From an uncultured Clostridia bacterium (GTDB taxonomy: Bacteria > Bacillota > Clostridia > Oscillospirales > CAG-382): a stretch of 64,000 nt of DNA. The stretch's first letter is position 1. Every line of letters begins with the position of its first letter. The notes under the pieces are model-generated. The model saw only the letters and a list, made by a program, of their open reading frames with translations. It made no database searches and was not told the DNA's origin. The position numbers were made by a program, and so were the translations under genes. The stretch covers positions 1,733 to 65,732 of the forward strand of contig CANQTR010000002.1 in assembly GCA_947626805.1 (NCBI GenBank), read 5' to 3'. Of the stretch, positions 27,237 through 36,033 are shown one piece after another.

Positions 27237-28076
27237 ATGCAGATGGGCAAATGGGAAAGCAACGGCGGTCGGTGCGCGTTCATCGGCGGCGGGAACATGG
27301 GCGGCGCTATCGTTCGCGGTCTGGTTTCTTCGGGTGCGCTTGCGCCGGAGCGAATCACGGTTTGCTGTAAGCATGCGGACAAGTATCCTTCGTTTCGTTC
27401 CATCGGCGTTCGGACCGCCGATTCGATTGCGGAGGCGCTGGAAGGTGCCGATTTTCTTTTTCTTTGCGTTAAGCCCGGTACCGTGCGGGAGGTCGTTGCG
27501 GAATGCGTGCGCGCAAGCGGTTACCGCAAGGAGATGGTGTTCGTTTCCGTCGCCGCCTCCGCGCCGTGTTCGTTGATTTGCGAAGCCGCCGGCGGGGAAG
27601 TTCCGGTCGTCCGTACGATGCCGAGCACGCCCATTCAAGTCGGCGAAGGGACGGTCGCGCTGTGCGAAAACGGTCGCGTCCCGAAGTGGGCGTTTGAAAC
27701 CGTCTGCCGTCTGTTCTCCTCGATTGCGACAGTCGCCGTACTGGAGGAGGCGCAACTCAACCCGGTCATTTCCGTCAACGGCTCCTCGCCCGCGTACGTC
27801 TATTTGTTCGTAAAAGCGATGCTTGACGGCGCGGTGCAACAGGGGATTCCCGCCGAGCAAGCGCTCCCGTTGATTTTGCGAACGATAACGGGTGCCGTGA
27901 AGATGGTCGAGCAGGCGGATTGCCCCATCGACGAACTGATTCGGCGGGTATGCAGTCCGGGCGGAACGACGCTCGCCGCCATGCAGGTCTTTTCGGACGC
28001 CGATTTTGCCGGTACCGTCGCCCGCGCGATGGACGCCTGCACGAAACGTGCCGACGAAATCTCCGCCTCGCTTTAG
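27237..28076 (+). CDS. proC: Pyrroline-5-carboxylate reductase
   Basis: aaaggag RBS. Contains CAFIGGGNMGGAIVRGL ... RTMPSTP ... SPAYVYLFVKAMLDGAV ... VCSPGGTT. Confidence 0.9.
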   Translation: MQMGKWESNGGRCAFIGGGNMGGAIVRGLVSSGALAPERITVCCKHADKYPSFRSIGVRTADSIAEALEGADFLFLCVKPGTVREVVAECVRASGYRKEMVFVSVAASAPCSLICEAAGGEVPVVRTMPSTPIQVGEGTVALCENGRVPKWAFETVCRLFSSIATVAVLEEAQLNPVISVNGSSPAYVYLFVKAMLDGAVQQGIPAEQALPLILRTITGAVKMVEQADCPIDELIRRVCSPGGTTLAAMQVFSDADFAGTVARAMDACTKRADEISASL

Positions 28077-28123
28077 GCATATGTGGGGGGACAAGCGGCA
28101 TATGGTGTTCCGAGGTGATTTTC

Positions 28124-28714
28124 ATGACGCTTTCGGGTCCCCCTGTCCGTGCGCTCGTCCCGTATGTGCCGCCAAAGCAGAAACACCCGATTTCCGCTTT
28201 GCGCCGAAACCTGCACAGGCTTTCCCGAATGACGGACGCCCTGTTCGTCCGGCGAAAGCGGTACTACCTTTCCGCGTTGCTGCTCGCCGCTTTCGGGATT
28301 CTGCTTGGGTGCTATTACGCGTCGGTGCAGGGAACGTCCGTCGGTTTTTTGCCGATGCTCCGCGCGTCGCGGGCGATTTTGCCGGCGATGCTGTTTTGCG
28401 GGATGACGCTGTTCGGCGTTGCGGCTGTTCCGGGCGGACTCGTCTGGTTTTCCTTCCTGTTCGGCTGTGCCGCCGGGTCGTTTGCGCTTTCTACGGTGCG
28501 CGAAACGCTCTGCCTGTGCCTGTTGCTTGCGCTGTATCTGAGTGTCCTGCTCTTTTCGGTCGAGGCGTTCCTGACCGCTCTGCGGTCCCGCTCCGGCTGG
28601 AAAAATGTCTTTTGTTGCAAATCCTTTCTCGCGTTCTGCCTGCTGTTTTTGGTTGCGTACCTGTTGATTCGAGCGGCGGAGCTTTTGTTTCTGTCTTTTT
28701 CGTACCTATCTTAA
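28124..28714 (+). CDS. Five-TM membrane protein, possibly SpoIIM-like
   Basis: gaggtga RBS. About 196 aa with five predicted TM helices. Sits immediately upstream of xerD (spoIIM and xerD are near-neighbours in B. subtilis) and a SigE-like box lies upstream. No sequence motif I can assert. Confidence 0.4.
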   Translation: MTLSGPPVRALVPYVPPKQKHPISALRRNLHRLSRMTDALFVRRKRYYLSALLLAAFGILLGCYYASVQGTSVGFLPMLRASRAILPAMLFCGMTLFGVAAVPGGLVWFSFLFGCAAGSFALSTVRETLCLCLLLALYLSVLLFSVEAFLTALRSRSGWKNVFCCKSFLAFCLLFLVAYLLIRAAELLFLSFSYLS

Positions 28715-28729
28715 TGTGGGAGTTTCGAG

Positions 28730-29635
28730 ATGCTGAACGATTCCGGACAATTGACCCTACAATTGCATCATTATCTGGAATACCTGTCCGGCGTCAGGCA
28801 TTCCCCGGACAACACGGTACAAGCCTATCGCCGGGACCTCGAAAAGTTCTTCGGGTTTGCGGATATCCGCGGGGTGGACAGTTTTACGGAACTGACGCCG
28901 GAGGACGTCGAGCAGTATAAACATTATCTTTCCGCGACCGGGCTTTCCGCGTCGTCCGTCAGCCGTTCGCTGTCCGCATTGCGGGGAATGTTCCAATACC
29001 TTGTCGCCGTCGGGCAGATGCAAAGCAACCCCGCCCGCGGCGTCCACAACGACAAGGCGGCGAAGAAGGAACTGAACGTCCTGACCTCCGCCGAGGTGGA
29101 AACATTGTTGTCCCAGCCGGATACGAGCGACGTGAAGGGAATGCGGGACAAGGCGATGCTTGAACTGCTGTATGCGACCGGTATCAAGGTTTCCGAACTC
29201 ATCGGACTGAACCTGACCGACGTCAATCTGGTTCTTTCCTGTGTGCGTTGCGGCGGGAGTGAAAACGAACGACTCATTCCGCTCTATCCGGTCGCGCTGC
29301 ACGCGCTGGAGGTCTATTTGCGCCGCTCCCGCCCGATTTTGACGGCGGGGCAAAGCGGGGAGGCGCTGTTTGTCAACATTTCCGGCGAACGAATGACCCG
29401 GCAGGGCTTTTGGAAGATTCTCAAGGGCTATGTGCGGGCGGCAAATATCCAAAAGGACATCACGCCGCACACGCTCCGCCATTCCTTCGCGACGCACCTG
29501 CTCGAAAACGGGGCGGACATTCACGAAATCCAGGAGATTCTCGGTCATCGCGACCTTGCCTCCACGCAAAAATATACGCAATACTTAAAGAATAAGATGC
29601 AGAAAAGTTATATGAAATTTCATCCGAGGGCGTGA
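28730..29635 (+). CDS. xerD: Site-specific tyrosine recombinase XerD/XerC family
   Basis: Contains SPDNTVQAYRRDLEKFF ... HTLRHSFATHLLENGADIHEIQEILGHRDLASTQKYT (R..HxxR..Y catalytic set). Assigning XerD rather than XerC is an inference. Confidence 0.8.
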   Translation: MLNDSGQLTLQLHHYLEYLSGVRHSPDNTVQAYRRDLEKFFGFADIRGVDSFTELTPEDVEQYKHYLSATGLSASSVSRSLSALRGMFQYLVAVGQMQSNPARGVHNDKAAKKELNVLTSAEVETLLSQPDTSDVKGMRDKAMLELLYATGIKVSELIGLNLTDVNLVLSCVRCGGSENERLIPLYPVALHALEVYLRRSRPILTAGQSGEALFVNISGERMTRQGFWKILKGYVRAANIQKDITPHTLRHSFATHLLENGADIHEIQEILGHRDLASTQKYTQYLKNKMQKSYMKFHPRA

Positions 29636-29638
29636 CCA

Positions 29639-30634
29639 ATGGGCAAAGGCAGAATTTACAACTTTTTTTCCGGGACGAACAACCGCAGCGGCAAGGGCGT
29701 GACGAAACAGCAGGTCGAGCGGGACAAGAAAATGGGGCTTGGGTTCTTTTTCCGGCTTTTCAAGAACCGCCTGGGCAACATTTCCTCGACCAGTATCCTC
29801 TTTTCGCTTTGCAATTTTCCGTTCCTGCTGTTTCTGTTCGGGCTTTCCGGCAACCTGGACAGCAGTGTTCCCGCGCCGATGTCGCCGGTCTACGCGACAA
29901 TTTACGGAATGGAACTGGCGGGGGAGCAAAGCCCGCTGCTCTCCATGCTGCACGGGCTTTTCGGCGTCGGAACAACCGTGCAAATCGTTTCGACCGCCTC
30001 GCGGGTGTTGATGTATTGCGCGTTCCTGCTGATTTTTACGTTCGGTATCTCCACGCTCGGCGCGGTGTATAATATGCGAAGCGTCGTTCGTTGCGAACCG
30101 CTTTCCCCGTGGAGCGAATTCTTTTCGGCGATTCGCAAGAATTTGCGGCAGGGACTTCCCATCGCAATCCTCGACGCGCTGCTGATTCTGTTCCTCGGCT
30201 ACGACTTGATTGCCTACTACGCCAACGCCAACAGTTTCTTTATGCAGATGGCGTTTTACGTCGTGCTGTTCTCTTCGCTCATCTATTTCGTCATGCGAAG
30301 TTATATCTACCTGATCCTCGTCACGTTCGATTTGAAGTTTATCAAACTGCTTAAAAATTCGTTGTTCCTGGTTTTCCTCGGCTGGAAGCGAAGTCTGCTG
30401 TGTCTGCTGGGGTCCGCTTTGGTGGTTTTCATCAATCTGTACCTGTATGTGATGCTTCCCGTCTTTGGGACCTTCCTGCCTATCGTCTTTACGTTTGGGA
30501 TTTTGCAGTATATCGGCGTCTACGCGGCCTATCCTATCATTGAAACCTATATGATTGAGCCGTACTACCGGGACCACCCGGAGGAACGCCCGCAAGAAGA
30601 GGAAATCGAACCGGTCTTTACGGACCGCGGATAA
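29639..30634 (+). CDS. YesL/DUF624-like polytopic membrane protein
   Basis: Contains FFRLFKNRLGNISSTSILFSLCNFPFLLFLFG and multiple TM helices. Starts 3 nt after the xerD stop. Confidence 0.55.
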   Translation: MGKGRIYNFFSGTNNRSGKGVTKQQVERDKKMGLGFFFRLFKNRLGNISSTSILFSLCNFPFLLFLFGLSGNLDSSVPAPMSPVYATIYGMELAGEQSPLLSMLHGLFGVGTTVQIVSTASRVLMYCAFLLIFTFGISTLGAVYNMRSVVRCEPLSPWSEFFSAIRKNLRQGLPIAILDALLILFLGYDLIAYYANANSFFMQMAFYVVLFSSLIYFVMRSYIYLILVTFDLKFIKLLKNSLFLVFLGWKRSLLCLLGSALVVFINLYLYVMLPVFGTFLPIVFTFGILQYIGVYAAYPIIETYMIEPYYRDHPEERPQEEEIEPVFTDRG

Positions 30635-30648
30635 ACCAAATGAAAATG

Positions 30649-30679
30649 ACGCCCACAGTTCTCTTGTGGGCGTTTGTTT
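30649..30679 (+). terminator. Rho-independent terminator between the yesL-like gene and the ABC genes
   Basis: ACGCCCACAgttctctTGTGGGCGTttgttt; only 20 nt remain before the ABC gene ATG. Confidence 0.75.
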
Positions 30680-30698
30680 GAAGGGAGGCCGCCTCGCG

Positions 30699-32471
30699 AT
30701 GCGGAAAAACGAACAGAATCCGCCGGTCATTCGTCCGCTTGCGGTCTATTTGCGCCCGTTCCTATGGAAGTGCGTCGCGGGGCCGCTTTGCAAGTTGTTC
30801 GAAGCGATTTTGGAGCTGTATATGCCTTTGCGGCTGGCGGGCGTCATCGACCGCGTGCTGGAAATGCAGGCGGCGGGGGAGCCGTACCGCGAGTATGTGT
30901 TGCGGGAAGGGGCAATCCTCGTCGGTATCGTCGCGCTCGGACTTTGTTCGGCGGTTCTGTGTCAGTATTGGGCAAGTCAGGTCTCCCAAGGATACGGCAC
31001 GAAATTGCGGAGCGTACTGTACCGCAAGATACAGTCGCTTTCCCACCGGGAACTGGACGCGTTCGGCACGCCGTCCCTTATCAATCGCCTGACTGCCGAT
31101 GTAAACGCTTTGCAGAACGCCGTCGCCATGCTGATTCGTTTGGTCATTCGTGCGCCGTTCCTGTGTATCGGCGGAATCGTGATGGCGTTCTGGATGCAGG
31201 CGCGTCTGGCGCTCGTGATTCTGTTCGCCGTGCCGTTGCTGTTGCTCGCGATGGTGCTCGTGACCCGCAGGAGTGTGCCGTTGCACGCCGAAACGCAAAA
31301 GAAAAACGACCGTTTGACGACCATTTTGCGGGAAAACCTGTCCGGGGTGCGGGTCGTTCGCGCGTTCACCCGCACGGAGGAGCAGGAGGAACGCTACCGC
31401 GAAAACGCGGACGACTGGGCGCGTTCTGCCGTTCGGGCGAATCGGGCGGGTATCCTGCTCAGCCCGCTGACGCAATTGATCCTCAATTTCGCGGTCGTCC
31501 TGATTCTCGCTATCAGCGGTTGGCGGTTTACCGGGTACGGTGACGTCAGCAGCGGGGACATCATCGCGTTGATAAATTATGTCAACCAAATTCTTGCGGC
31601 GGTCCTTGTGGTCTCCAACCTCGTCGTGCTGTACGCGAAAGCGTACGTCAGCGCTAAGCGCGTCTGTGCGGTATTGCGGACGGAACCGGAAACGCGGGAC
31701 GGGGAAGTGACCGAGGGGATTCCGGGCGAGGCTGCCGTGCAATTCCGGGACGTGTCCTTTTCCTACCAAGAAAAGAACGTACTGGAGCATATTTCGTTTA
31801 CCGTCGAACGCGGAATGACCGTCGGTCTTATCGGCGGCACCGGGTCCGGCAAGAGTACGTTGACCCATCTGCTTTCCCGTTTGTACGACTGCACGGACGG
31901 GGAAGTGCTTATCGACGGCGTGAACGTGCGGTCGTACACGCTCGACGCGCTCCGTCGGAAAATCGCCGTCGTCCCGCAGGAGGTACAGCTCTTTTCCGGC
32001 ACGGTGGCGGAAAACCTGTCGCTCGGCGACCCGAATGTCTCGCGGGAAACGCTCGAACGCGCGTCGCAAATTGCGCAGGCGGACGGATTTATCCGCGAAA
32101 AAGAGAACGGCTACGACGCTCTCGTCGCGCGGGGCGGGCGGAATTTCAGCGGCGGACAGCGACAACGGCTTGCCATCGCCCGCGCAATCGCGGCGGGAAG
32201 TGAGATTCTCGTGCTCGACGACGCGACCAGCGCGCTCGACTACGCGACGGACGCGGCGGTCCGCGAGGGGATTCGCAGGGAACTGCACGGCGTGACGTTG
32301 TTTATGATATCCCAGCGGGTCAGCACGGTTCGGCACGCGGACCTGATTCTCGTCCTCGACGACGGACGGCTTGCCGGGGCGGGAAAACATGCCGACTTGT
32401 ACCGCACTTGCGAATCCTATCGGGAAATCTGCCGCTCGCAAAACGTGACGGGGGAGGGGGAGAACGCATGA
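30699..32471 (+). CDS. ABC exporter half-transporter (TMD-NBD), degenerate-site subunit
   Basis: gaagggagg RBS. Six-TM exporter domain, Walker A GGTGSGKST, signature FSGGQRQRLAIARA, and Walker B ILVLDDATSALD (Asp where the catalytic Glu is expected). Confidence 0.9.
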   Translation: MRKNEQNPPVIRPLAVYLRPFLWKCVAGPLCKLFEAILELYMPLRLAGVIDRVLEMQAAGEPYREYVLREGAILVGIVALGLCSAVLCQYWASQVSQGYGTKLRSVLYRKIQSLSHRELDAFGTPSLINRLTADVNALQNAVAMLIRLVIRAPFLCIGGIVMAFWMQARLALVILFAVPLLLLAMVLVTRRSVPLHAETQKKNDRLTTILRENLSGVRVVRAFTRTEEQEERYRENADDWARSAVRANRAGILLSPLTQLILNFAVVLILAISGWRFTGYGDVSSGDIIALINYVNQILAAVLVVSNLVVLYAKAYVSAKRVCAVLRTEPETRDGEVTEGIPGEAAVQFRDVSFSYQEKNVLEHISFTVERGMTVGLIGGTGSGKSTLTHLLSRLYDCTDGEVLIDGVNVRSYTLDALRRKIAVVPQEVQLFSGTVAENLSLGDPNVSRETLERASQIAQADGFIREKENGYDALVARGGRNFSGGQRQRLAIARAIAAGSEILVLDDATSALDYATDAAVREGIRRELHGVTLFMISQRVSTVRHADLILVLDDGRLAGAGKHADLYRTCESYREICRSQNVTGEGENA

Positions 32472-34183
32472 AAAAGGAACGTACCTTCCGACGACTGCTC
32501 CGTCTGCTCGGCGGGGCGAAAAAGACGCTGTTTCTGGTATTCGCGCTCGTGTTGCTCGGAAACGTCGCCCTGCTCCTCGCGCCGAAACGCATCGGTTCGA
32601 CGATTGACGCGATTTTCGCGGGGGAGTCGTGGCTGTCCCTTTTGCTCTCGCTGTTGCTTTTTTACGGGGTCGGCGTGCTGTTTCAATGGCTCAGCGCACG
32701 GCTGGCGGTCCGTGTCGCGCAGGAGGCGGCGAATACGCTCCGCAAGAGCCTGTTTGAAAAGCTGTCGCGCCTTCCGCTTTCCTATTTTGACCGCACGCCG
32801 CACGGGGATATCATATCCCGCTTCACCAACGACGTCGAGGCGGTCAGCGACGGGCTCAACAGCAGTATCGTTCAGTTGATTTCCGGGGTGTCGTCCATTC
32901 TGATTTCGCTCGGATTCATGCTCTATCTGGACGTGCGGGTGACCGTCGTCGTACTGATTGCGACGCCGCTTTGCTTTTTCGTCGGTCGCGCTATCACGAA
33001 GTACGGCAAAAAACGTTTCCTCGAACAGGCGAAAATTCTGGGCGACGTCAATGCCTATGCCGAGGAACTCATCAGCTCCGCCCATACGGTCAAACTTTTC
33101 CGGTACGAAACGCGCTCGGCGGAGCAGTTCGACCGACTCAACCGGAAGTTGTACGACGCGGGGTACCGCGCGCAGTTCGCGTCGGCGCTCGTCAACCCGA
33201 CGACCCGGTTCGTCAACAATACGGCGTACGTCCTCGTCGGAATCTTCGCTTTGCTCGTCCGCATGTCGCCGGGCAGTATCGCCGCGTTTCTCAACTATAT
33301 GTCGCAGTTCTCCAAGCCGTTCAACGAGATTACTTCGCTGACGATGCAGATACAGAGCGCCATGGCGTCCGCGCGGCGGCTTTTTGCCTTGCTCGACGAA
33401 CCGGAAATGTCTCCGGACGGAATGCGCTCTCTGCCGGAAAAACCGAACGGAGAAATCGACTTTGAACAGGTGCGCTTTTCCTACGACGGCAAAACGCCGC
33501 TGATTCAGTCCTGCACCATGCACATTCCCGCCGGAACACAGGTCGCTATCGTCGGTCCGACCGGCGCGGGGAAGACCACGCTCATCAATCTGCTGATGCG
33601 TTTCTACGAATTGGACGGTGGGAAAATCACCATAGACGGCGTGGATATATCCAATATACCTCGAAATGAATTGCGAAAACAGTTCGGGATGGTCCTGCAG
33701 GAAAGTTGGCTGTTCGCGGGAACCGTGCGGGAAAATCTGCTGTTTGCCAAGCCGGACGCGACCGATGACGAGATGATTTCTGCCGCGAAAGCGGCTCATG
33801 CGCACGCTTTCATCGAGCGTCTGCCGAACGGATACGACACCCGTATCGAAGAGGATGGCAGTAACCTGTCCGCCGGACAGCGGCAGTTGCTTGCAATCGC
33901 GCGAATGATGCTGGTGAACCGCCCGATGCTGATTCTGGACGAGGCGACCAGCAACGTCGACATCGTGACCGAAATGCGGATTTCCAGAACCTTCCGGGAA
34001 ATCATGCGCGGAAAGACGACGTTTTTGATTGCGCACCGGCTGTCGACAATCCGGGAATGCGGAATGATTCTTGTCCTAGAGCATGGCGACATCGTCGAGT
34101 ACGGCACGCACGACGAACTGCTCGTGAAACGCGGCGTGTACGAGCGCCTATATCAGTCGCAGTTCCGTCACGACACGACTTGA
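32468..34183 (+). CDS. ABC exporter half-transporter (TMD-NBD), consensus-site subunit
   Basis: ATGA overlap with the upstream gene. Walker A GPTGAGKTT, signature LSAGQRQLLAIARM, Walker B MLILDEATSNVD. Confidence 0.9.
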   Translation: MKKERTFRRLLRLLGGAKKTLFLVFALVLLGNVALLLAPKRIGSTIDAIFAGESWLSLLLSLLLFYGVGVLFQWLSARLAVRVAQEAANTLRKSLFEKLSRLPLSYFDRTPHGDIISRFTNDVEAVSDGLNSSIVQLISGVSSILISLGFMLYLDVRVTVVVLIATPLCFFVGRAITKYGKKRFLEQAKILGDVNAYAEELISSAHTVKLFRYETRSAEQFDRLNRKLYDAGYRAQFASALVNPTTRFVNNTAYVLVGIFALLVRMSPGSIAAFLNYMSQFSKPFNEITSLTMQIQSAMASARRLFALLDEPEMSPDGMRSLPEKPNGEIDFEQVRFSYDGKTPLIQSCTMHIPAGTQVAIVGPTGAGKTTLINLLMRFYELDGGKITIDGVDISNIPRNELRKQFGMVLQESWLFAGTVRENLLFAKPDATDDEMISAAKAAHAHAFIERLPNGYDTRIEEDGSNLSAGQRQLLAIARMMLVNRPMLILDEATSNVDIVTEMRISRTFREIMRGKTTFLIAHRLSTIRECGMILVLEHGDIVEYGTHDELLVKRGVYERLYQSQFRHDTT

Positions 34184-34406
34184 ACCGGTGATACGTCGAA
34201 GTCTGCCTCGCTATCGGCACATCGACGCGAGAACGTGAAAATCGGAAAATTTGTGCCCTTTGATTTGCAAGTGCATGGAGAGCGTGCAAAGGGTTTCGTG
34301 CAGACGCTGTTCAAAGGACGCTTTACAAAACGCGGGGGATATGCGCCGTGCCATCGTTCGGCACTGTCGCGGAAACCCTTTTTGGTCCCCCTTTTCAAAA
34401 ATACAC

Positions 34407-34436
34407 AATTATACAAAATGCAAATTTTGTATAATT
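34407..34436. repeat. Perfect 13-bp AT-rich inverted repeat (AATTATACAAAAT-gcaa-ATTTTGTATAATT)
   Basis: Read directly from the sequence. It sits in the convergent spacer between the ABC exporter and radA, and contains TATAAT on both strands. Confidence 0.9.
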
Positions 34437-34581
34437 AAAGAGGGGTGAAAGCGCGAAAATGCGGGCTGTACAGGCGTACAACCGATATGGGTCGTACCAG
34501 CGTACTCGCGGAACGGTCCGGGCGGCACTTTTCTATTGCTTTTTGCGTGTGACGGACGAACCGGACATAAGCCTACGCTTT

Positions 34582-34612
34582 GAAAAAGCGCGTCGGAAGA
34601 AAATTCCGGCGC
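34582..34612 (-). terminator. Rho-independent terminator after radA
   Basis: The minus strand reads GCGCCGGAAttttcTTCCGaCGCGCttttt, starting 9 nt after the radA stop. Confidence 0.7.
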
Positions 34613-34620
34613 ACTTTCAA

Positions 34621-36018
34621 TTATTCTTCTTTCTTTGGTGCGTTCAGCAGACGCAACAAATCGAAAATGCTCCGCAAACGAATGATTTCCATACCATATG
34701 CGTTCTTCAATCGCTCCGCGTTGTGGTACGGAATCGCGGCGCGCTTGAACCCTAATCGTGCGGCGTTGCTCAGCCGCTGGTCCATTACGCTGACGGAGCG
34801 GCATTCGCCGGCAAGTCCGACTTCGCCCATGACAATCAAGTCCTCCGGCACCGGGATTTCCTTATAACTGGAAAGCAACGCCATTGCGGCGGCGGCGTCG
34901 CACGCCGGCTCGTCGATACGCAGTCCGCCCGCGATATTCAGATAAACGTCTTGCGACGAGAAACGCAACCCGATTCGCTTTTCAAGGACCGCGAGCAGCA
35001 GCGACAGTCGGTTATAATCGAAACCTGAAGACATTCTTCTAGGCGACGGAAAGGTCGTATTGGAGGAAAGCGCCTGAATTTCGGTAATCATCGGTCGGCT
35101 GCCTTCCATGACCGCCGCCGCGCAGTTGCCGGGAACGTCCTTCGGGCGCTGCTGAAGAATTCGCTCGGACGGTTTTTCGATTTCCGTCAGCCCGTCGTCC
35201 GACATTTCGAACATTCCAATCTCGTTTGTCGAGCCGTAGCGGTTCTTAACCGCGCGAATGATGCGGTATGCGTGCTGTTTGTCGCCCTCAAAATAGAGCA
35301 CAGCGTCGACCATATGTTCGAGCACCTTCGGACCTGCAATCGCGCCGTCCTTATTGACGTGTCCGACGATTAGAATGGAAACCTTGTCCTCCTTCGCTTT
35401 TGCAATCAACTGCATGGTCGCCTGCTTGACTTGCGTGATTGTCCCCGGCGAGGACGGATAATTCTCGTCGTACATGGTTTGAATCGAGTCGATAATCACC
35501 ACATCCGGCTGTACTGTGTTGATTTCCGGAATGATTTTGTTGACCGACGTTTCGCTCAAAACGAGCAGGTTTTGCGTATCGACGCCGACGCGGTTCGCGC
35601 GCAACTTGATTTGCGAAATGGATTCCTCGCCGGTGACATATAAAAGCCGCGCTTTTTGCCCCACAAACTGGCAAATTTGCAGCAGTAAGGTGGATTTTCC
35701 GATGCCCGGTTCGCCGGAAATCAGCACGACCGAGCCCTCGACCAATCCGCCGCCGAGCACCCGGTCGAATTCGCCGAGCCCGGTCAGAAAGCGAATGTCA
35801 TTCTGAAAGGTGATTTCGTCGATGCGAAGTGCTTTGGACTGTTCGACCGTCTGGGTATTGTTGCGGGCGGGCGCACGGCGCGCTTTCGGCGACGGCGCCG
35901 GTTCCGGGGCAACCTCCTGCTCCGCAAGAGTGTTCCACGCGCCGCAGGACGGGCATTTTCCGTACCATTTTGCGGTCACATTCCCGCAATTTTCGCAAAC
36001 GTAACTGGTTTTCAACAT
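34621..36018 (-). CDS. radA: DNA repair protein RadA/Sms
   Basis: Zinc ribbon YVCENCGNVTAKWYGKCPSCGAWNT, Walker A GEPGIGKSTLLLQ, KNRYG motif, and Lon-like C-terminal domain. Confidence 0.95.
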   Translation of the reverse strand: MLKTSYVCENCGNVTAKWYGKCPSCGAWNTLAEQEVAPEPAPSPKARRAPARNNTQTVEQSKALRIDEITFQNDIRFLTGLGEFDRVLGGGLVEGSVVLISGEPGIGKSTLLLQICQFVGQKARLLYVTGEESISQIKLRANRVGVDTQNLLVLSETSVNKIIPEINTVQPDVVIIDSIQTMYDENYPSSPGTITQVKQATMQLIAKAKEDKVSILIVGHVNKDGAIAGPKVLEHMVDAVLYFEGDKQHAYRIIRAVKNRYGSTNEIGMFEMSDDGLTEIEKPSERILQQRPKDVPGNCAAAVMEGSRPMITEIQALSSNTTFPSPRRMSSGFDYNRLSLLLAVLEKRIGLRFSSQDVYLNIAGGLRIDEPACDAAAAMALLSSYKEIPVPEDLIVMGEVGLAGECRSVSVMDQRLSNAARLGFKRAAIPYHNAERLKNAYGMEIIRLRSIFDLLRLLNAPKKEE

Positions 36019-36033
36019 CTTTTTCCTCCCGTT

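Noticed and set aside
27090-28094. 334-aa minus-strand ORF
   Set aside because: It is antisense to proC, whose NAD-binding and P5CR motifs are clear.
28730-29635. Tyrosine recombinase as a marker of an integrated mobile element
   Set aside because: The sequence and context (proC, SpoIIM-like gene, no phage, conjugation or att-like repeats) fit the housekeeping XerC/XerD chromosome-dimer resolvase.
34392-34436. dif (Xer recombination) site at the convergent strand-switch point, 5 kb from xerD
   Set aside because: The palindrome halves resemble XerD arms (8/11), but the TTAT/ATAA ends face outward and the spacer is 4 nt rather than 6. The alternative 11-6-11 registration gives a poor XerC arm. 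The locus is kept only as a locus of interest.
34211-34755. Small ORFs in the convergent spacer (34211-34408 minus, 34235-34438 plus, 34251-34448 plus, 34459-34755 plus)
   Set aside because: None has a credible RBS at proper spacing. They overlap each other or run antisense into radA, and their translations show no recognisable features. I cannot exclude a real micro-protein without expression data.
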